Shown one piece after another: positions 59,201 to 64,000 of a stretch of DNA of 64,000 bases. The notes below the pieces were generated by a model that saw only the letters and a list, made by a program, of their open reading frames with translations, did no database searches and was not told the origin of the DNA. The DNA is taken from positions 1-64,000 of the IMG/VR virus record IMGVR_UViG_3300023179_000032; one strand, given 5' to 3'. Within the stretch, counting starts at the first letter, position 1. Each line of letters opens with the position of its first letter. This DNA comes from a virus. A program made the position numbers and the translations under genes.

Positions 59201-59729
59201 CAGAATTATTAGGACTGCCAAACTGTGCAGTAATTGGTAATGCTGCGTTGACTACTCTAATAAATTGATCGAGCCAGTTAGGGTTTGATGGGTCATTCCA
59301 TATAATTTCTTGATTGCTTACGTTGCGTCCATTGCCATCAATTACATCTTCAGTAGTGCTTATACTTTCCCATTTCAATAATCCTGTAGCTGTCTTATTC
59401 CTTTTAGCATTATAGCTCAGTGTTCTTGATAGTCTTAATATACTTTCTCTACGTTCTGCTAGTTCTAAAAAATTTTCTCTAGCGTTTAAATCCACTCTAA
59501 AAGCAAAACTTTGCCCTAAAAAAGCCATCATATCAATCAAGGCTAGATATTCACTGCTTTCAATATAATCATTAAAATCTTCTGGATAGTTTTCACGTAT
59601 ATAATTAATCATCACTCTACGCAGATTTTCAAAGTCATAGCTGGTAAAATCAGCGTTTTTATAGCTTTGATAAATTCTTTTCCAGTCTTCGGCTATGAGT
59701 AATCTGTTTTGTCTATCGGTGGCTGACAT
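56262..59729 (-). CDS. gp6: baseplate wedge subunit
   Basis: DFENLR..M..YI...YP..F.DY..SS, ENFLE.A..RES...L...LSY..KR, AP..Y.TQNR.ITAEDY. Confidence 0.88.
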   Translation of the reverse strand: MSATDRQNRLLIAEDWKRIYQSYKNADFTSYDFENLRRVMINYIRENYPEDFNDYIESSEYLALIDMMAFLGQSFAFRVDLNARENFLELAERRESILRLSRTLSYNAKRNKTATGLLKWESISTTEDVIDGNGRNVSNQEIIWNDPSNPNWLDQFIRVVNAALPITAQFGSPNNSAQVIGIPSEQYRLQTLGTSVPVYGFSKAVDGRNMNFEVVSTIIKDGSITEEPPLAGRRLSFIYKDDGRGAGSVNSGFFTMFKQGTLNTGSFNLTQPVSNDIVDIDSTNINDTDVWLYKLNANGIESEYWERVPNLESNNIIYNSVKKNIKNIYNVITRTNDRISLAFGDGVFATIPFGSFRLYYRTSNGLTYTINPKDMRNVSVDLSYLSNTGQLEVLSISMSLQTSVANSSATESDEEVKVKAPATYYTQNRMITAEDYNISPLSVDQDVLKIKTINRTSSGISRYFDLIDPTGKYSNTILFSDDGVLYREEYEDSFRFSYRNKVDIQGIVLNKILPTLSEISIRNYYYLKFARKYIGNDFNITWTQKTQASNLSTGFLKDTNNSVIGYNINNNLKHLEIGALLKFVAPNGKMFLKTRNNQLVDFVANKENTSNYIWVKLIAINNNGLGLNNTGILEDGTGSISFNEKLPTGAILEEIIPKWRTNLTDNVVTIISELIFANKPFGLRYDIDTKSWQVIFEVNLNQIDNFSVTRTGDISNQKLDASWLLLFTSDLENYTVKVRKLRYIFESDRKIRFFFDKTNKVYDTKTNTVVKDLISILNINNKINIQQIYNYDIDWEITNELLGADGYTNSKKIELSFKDSNDDGIVDDPDIFNNTVAPTTSIGNVDFNNFVVLKRYETSTGQYDYSYVYNEREDGLAIVTVLENMNQVSSSLLKDGQYVFSFEESLLYRYNEIESKWELNFDYKVFQGRDKIKFQYVHSADYEARIDPGQTNLMDLYVLTKQYDVSFRQWLLGSISEEPMPPSTEQLNLILASSLNQIKAMSDEVVYHPIRFKVLFGAKAIPSLRASFKLIKNIEQTISDNDLKSKVLAAINEFFTLDNWDFGDSFYFSELVAYVMNRTAPFLVNILIVPRMETLEFGSLFEITAENDEIFINGATTDDLEIIESVTASALNAKMSTTNTNIVSQQYIISKAGLR

Positions 59730-59774
59730 TAAACTATCCTTATTTGATATTTATTACGACCATTATCTACTAGT

Positions 59775-60215
59775 TTAACCCACTAGCCCCAAGCTTTGAT
59801 CGAACCTAAATTGTAACTTTTCACTAACATTATAGGGCAGATAGGTTAATTCACATTCGATTTGTATGCCAGTTTCATAAGCAGTGACAATGACATTATC
59901 TGCTGAAATTCTAGGATCATAATTTATAATTGCTGTAACATTCTCTAATACTAGTCTTTTAACATCATCAGTAAGAGGTTCAAAAATCAAGTCCCAAATT
60001 ACAGTGCCAAATGTAGGATCGCTGAGTTTTTCACCTTGTCTAATATGAAAATGATTTAACAAATCCTGTTTGATAAGACTAAGATCATATATAGTAAAAT
60101 TTTCACTATCTGGACTTACTGTGCTAAATCCTCTATAGGTACGTGGAAGAGGTGGTTGTTCAGACTGATATTTTCCCTTGACTATAATATTATCGTATAA
60201 TCGTTGTATGCTCAT
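59775..60215 (-). CDS. gp25: baseplate wedge protein gp25
   Basis: IKQDLLNHF....GEK..DPTFGT.IWDLIFEP, I.NYDPRI. Confidence 0.9.
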   Translation of the reverse strand: MSIQRLYDNIIVKGKYQSEQPPLPRTYRGFSTVSPDSENFTIYDLSLIKQDLLNHFHIRQGEKLSDPTFGTVIWDLIFEPLTDDVKRLVLENVTAIINYDPRISADNVIVTAYETGIQIECELTYLPYNVSEKLQFRFDQSLGLVG

Positions 60216-61852
60216 TTTTTCACCTTACTAAAAGTGTCATATTTTGTAGTATATTTCTTAAAATATTCAGGAGTCAATAAGAAATCACTATTATCTTCAT
60301 ACCGTCCATCTACATCCCTATCTGTTTTATCTGGTTTAAATTCAGTGGGATCCAAGTTTTCATGGTGTGGCCAAGGTTCTTTAATGGGTAAACGTCGCAA
60401 TATACTTTCTACTAATTTTTGACCTTCTTGGTCTGGTAAACTATAAGTTTTTAATTTTTGTGGCTTTTCTGCTTCTTGAGCGTTAGCTGCGGTGGCCGCC
60501 CTTGGCCCGTTCATATGAATCTGTGGTGCTGTTTCTATAATATTTCCTCCAGCTTGTGTTTCATTACTGCCACCACTAGTCATATAGATATGACCATTAA
60601 CTAATGTATCATAGTCACCACCAGTATATTGTTTATAATTTGAAGAATGCATAACATCAACATTACCCATTACTCTTTGTAATAATTCCTGTTCAATAGT
60701 TTCATGTTTTTTCATTTTAATTTGTATTTTTTGATTTTTGTCAATCATCAAGATATGATCTTCTAAAACATGAGTATGCATTTCTTTGGCTACTTTGATG
60801 TTAAAATTACGCCCTGCCTCCATATTAATATCACGATCAGCATAAAAATTAAGATCATTTTTAGTATGAACACTGATACTATCAGCAGCATATATGTCCA
60901 TCTTACCATCACTAGTAAGTTCTATCCAAGCAGTTCCTCTAGCATTACCTATATAGATTAAATCTTCTGTGTTATGCAATAATATTTGATGTCCAGTACG
61001 GGTACGTATGCGTACCAATTCATTGTGTAGTAATGTACGATCACCGTTTACTTCTCCATCTTCTACAGCAGCATATTCTGGAGGACCTTCACTAGCATTT
61101 TTAGTACGTAAAAACTTGTCATCACCATCATCCATAACAAAACTAGTACCACCTAGTCTACTGAATGGCATATTGTTTATTTCGTATTCTTTTTTACCAT
61201 ATTTGTGCATGGGTCCATCTTTATCTACTGGTCCTGGGGTACTGATACCAAATACAGCACTGGGCCATTCTCTACGTGCGCTGCTGGTTGTTATGCCTCT
61301 AATATCATCAAGTAATAATCCTTGCTCTTTATAAACTGTTGTAAATGGATGTTGTGGTTTTTCAATTCTTGTTGTATCTTTTTTAATTTGCAAGTCTGCT
61401 TTTTTATTATATTCAGCAACAGGTACACGTTCCTCTTCCCCATCAGCATGAAAACTAGTAGCAGCATAACCAGGAATCATAAAATTCATATCTTTTTCCT
61501 GTATACAGCCTAAATAATAGCCTCTTGATGGATCACCCTCTACAAACATACATACTACAACGGTACCAATATCTGGTGGCACCATCCACATGCCATAACT
61601 TTTTTGAGTTCCATCGTAGACGTTTTCTTTACTATTGGACTCACCGTTAGTAATACCTAAAAAAGGACTTATGTATTTTACACTGGCTAATTGACCAGTT
61701 CTTTTAGCATCGTTACCTACCTGTCTTAATTTTTCAACCTGTAGTGAACCCATATAGTCAGGATCTAAATGACTAACAACAATAGCTAGAACAAGTCCAG
61801 TTTCCTTACTAGATGAATCTTCATCTAAGGATTTCCTTTTCATCTCAGGCAT
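60212..61852 (-). CDS. gp5: baseplate central spike (gp5/VgrG-like, no lysozyme domain seen)
   Basis: OB-fold D..MG.LQV, GMWMVPPDIGT.V...F..GD; RTRTGHQI...GDM beta-helix repeats. Confidence 0.8.
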   Translation of the reverse strand: MPEMKRKSLDEDSSSKETGLVLAIVVSHLDPDYMGSLQVEKLRQVGNDAKRTGQLASVKYISPFLGITNGESNSKENVYDGTQKSYGMWMVPPDIGTVVVCMFVEGDPSRGYYLGCIQEKDMNFMIPGYAATSFHADGEEERVPVAEYNKKADLQIKKDTTRIEKPQHPFTTVYKEQGLLLDDIRGITTSSARREWPSAVFGISTPGPVDKDGPMHKYGKKEYEINNMPFSRLGGTSFVMDDGDDKFLRTKNASEGPPEYAAVEDGEVNGDRTLLHNELVRIRTRTGHQILLHNTEDLIYIGNARGTAWIELTSDGKMDIYAADSISVHTKNDLNFYADRDINMEAGRNFNIKVAKEMHTHVLEDHILMIDKNQKIQIKMKKHETIEQELLQRVMGNVDVMHSSNYKQYTGGDYDTLVNGHIYMTSGGSNETQAGGNIIETAPQIHMNGPRAATAANAQEAEKPQKLKTYSLPDQEGQKLVESILRRLPIKEPWPHHENLDPTEFKPDKTDRDVDGRYEDNSDFLLTPEYFKKYTTKYDTFSKVKK

Positions 61853-64000
61853 TACTGAAATCCTCCTTCTGAATCCACTATTAATCTTTCTTCATCTGAT
61901 TCTGGTGGGGCTTGGAATGTCTGTCCTGTATAACCTTCATTTTGACTTTCCATTTCATTACTGCCACCTAGACCTGATTCTGCTTGATCCTGATTTGGTA
62001 TTCTTGATAATTCTAATGTTTGTGCAAATAATCCTCGGTCAAAAGTGCTTTCTAACATATTGACCTTGTATAGCCCGCTTATTATGGGTACAGCTTTTGG
62101 TCCAGGAAAATCATACATATGTCCGTTAATATCAACAGGATTTCTAAAATTTATATTAATATAAACCATGCTACGTTCATAGTTTATTGCACCATCTTTA
62201 TTGATATCATCATTAGTAGTACCTTGAGCTGTGTAATTACCAAAACCACTATCACCTAAATAGAATGGATCACCTAGAATTTTCATTGTTACAGTGATCA
62301 TATCCCCACCTTGATTAATAGCATTTTGAAATTGATGCACAATAATAGTACCAGCATCTTGTGGCATTATACCACCACCAGTTTTTTTATATTCTGTTTC
62401 ACTTGGTCTTACTAATAACTTAGTAGCTGAACTACCAATTTGTACATCACCATGTTTACCCTGTTTATATTCTTCTGTAGCATCATATAGAGTACCATCT
62501 TCTCTGCGTCTAAAATTAGTAACCTTACCACCTTCTACATGAGCTGAGGTAGTGGGTGTTGCTGTAGTGGCATTTCTATCACGTTGTTTAGCATCTTGAT
62601 TATTAGTTCCTGCATCTGATACTGTGGCTGTATAAAATGTTGCAGCGAATTTTATTTGAAAGTCTAAAATTTCTGTGTTTTTTCCAGTGTAAAAATAGTT
62701 ATATTCTTTCAGTGCTTGTTCTTTTTCTAATTTAATATCTAAAGGCTTAGCTCCTGATGGCATAAAAAGAGCTCTACTTACTCTAAAAGGTACTATTCTA
62801 AACACTGTAACTGTGGGCATTCTACCAGTAGTATTCATATTAGCATTAGTATCCAAGAGATAGTACTGGCTGCTAATTTTATACCAATCTATTTTATCAC
62901 CTTGTATATTTTCTGGCTGTAGAGCAGATATTCCATAATAACTACTGCTGATAACTTCATTAATGATAGTGCTAATCTGTGTACCTTGTTTAAAGTGTGC
63001 CTGACCTTTGTCACTTTCTATTTTTAATTGGCCACGTGTGAAAACTTTTTTATCTTTATCCCATGTAATATTATCTTTACCAAATATAGCCTCTACTTTT
63101 CTTCTATCTGTAAATCCTAAACTGGCCTTGCCTATTGGATTCACTCCACTTTTTTGTACATAATTTCCAGTATCTCCGGCTAATTCTAATCCTAATTTTT
63201 TAAAAACATTGCCTTGTCTTTCACCTGGGCTTATAGTGGCTCCAGTAGGACTACTAGTATCATCAGTTGAATTAGACTCTTTAATAGTACTAGTATCAGT
63301 AGGAAATAAAATAATAACTTTATCTGGTATAGGTATTTTGTTTTTTAAGGCCTGTTCTAGTAATAAATCATTTATTGTTCTTTGCAAACTATGTACACCA
63401 GTCTGTAACATTTCTTGAACAGTGCTTCCCTGTATGTTCATGTCAGTTTTGATGGAACTAATTTCTTCACTGTATGCTTCATCATTCCATGCTACTGCTG
63501 AACAATCATATTGACTACCTCTATCAGTAACTTTTAATTCAATATTAGTAATTTTTATAGGAAAATGTCTAACATTTATTACCTTGTCTTGAAATTGCAT
63601 GTCTGGGCCATAGTGACCCTTAAATTCTAATGTCAACAAAACAGGCATAACTACCCAGTTTTCATATCCTTCTAGGGCAGCTGCCATTTGTAAACTTTGA
63701 AAAAATAATCCTATGCTATATGGTTCAAACACTGAAAATGTCATTGTGGTCGAATTAGTATTCTTAGTCATCTCATCTAAGCCAATCACGCCTGCAATTT
63801 TTACATTATCAATAAAAAAATCAAATTTACCATCTGGATTATAATCTGGTGGATTTTTATCCACATCCCCTAGTCCAGGACTAGCATAAGCAGGCAATGA
63901 CACTCTATTTTCTGGATCTGCACTACCACTCTTAAAAATAATACGACCTAATTGACCTTTTTTATAACTTTCATCAGGAAAATTTATAGCAAACGGTGAC
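61852..64000 (-). CDS. baseplate hub protein (gp27-like), 5' end beyond window
   Basis: Frame stays open from 63903 to window end; upstream of gp5; ILGDP, G.YKV..LESTF..G.F.QTLEL motifs. Confidence 0.65.
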   Translation of the reverse strand, partial: SPFAINFPDESYKKGQLGRIIFKSGSADPENRVSLPAYASPGLGDVDKNPPDYNPDGKFDFFIDNVKIAGVIGLDEMTKNTNSTTMTFSVFEPYSIGLFFQSLQMAAALEGYENWVVMPVLLTLEFKGHYGPDMQFQDKVINVRHFPIKITNIELKVTDRGSQYDCSAVAWNDEAYSEEISSIKTDMNIQGSTVQEMLQTGVHSLQRTINDLLLEQALKNKIPIPDKVIILFPTDTSTIKESNSTDDTSSPTGATISPGERQGNVFKKLGLELAGDTGNYVQKSGVNPIGKASLGFTDRRKVEAIFGKDNITWDKDKKVFTRGQLKIESDKGQAHFKQGTQISTIINEVISSSYYGISALQPENIQGDKIDWYKISSQYYLLDTNANMNTTGRMPTVTVFRIVPFRVSRALFMPSGAKPLDIKLEKEQALKEYNYFYTGKNTEILDFQIKFAATFYTATVSDAGTNNQDAKQRDRNATTATPTTSAHVEGGKVTNFRRREDGTLYDATEEYKQGKHGDVQIGSSATKLLVRPSETEYKKTGGGIMPQDAGTIIVHQFQNAINQGGDMITVTMKILGDPFYLGDSGFGNYTAQGTTNDDINKDGAINYERSMVYININFRNPVDINGHMYDFPGPKAVPIISGLYKVNMLESTFDRGLFAQTLELSRIPNQDQAESGLGGSNEMESQNEGYTGQTFQAPPESDEERLIVDSEGGFQ

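Overview
A 64-kb segment of a large T4-like contractile-tailed (myo)phage genome; no bacterial chromosomal context is visible. (1) 1-7.5 kb: a relatively GC-rich early region. It holds about 25 small genes, most behind their own near-consensus sigma70 promoter (14 TTGACA-N17-TAnnnT promoters read by eye, most with a shared ACCC...TTGACAGG context). It also holds an AAA+ ATPase, three tRNAs (Ile2-CAT, Leu-TAA, Arg-TCT), intrinsic terminators and a long fold-back element on the tRNA-Ile2 3' end. (2) 7.8-14.6 kb: accessory genes, including two HExxH zincins, a class I GATase-like protein, hemF, a class III nucleotide cyclase and small membrane proteins. (3) 14.6-25 kb: AT-rich replication genes (gp41/DnaB-type helicase, primase, probable clamp-loader subunit, UvsW helicase, a 192-aa miniature DnaE-like protein) and a NodU/CmcH carbamoyltransferase. 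(4) 25-30.8 kb: a glycan cluster with kdsA, two KpsS/KpsC-like proteins, three GT-A-type glycosyltransferases, a SAM methyltransferase and a cupin. (5) 30.8-64 kb: tail fibres, an S8 protease, a collagen-like protein, a 4697-aa baseplate protein, gp6, gp25, gp5 and a hub protein that runs off the window end. All calls come from motif recognition by eye; no searches were run.
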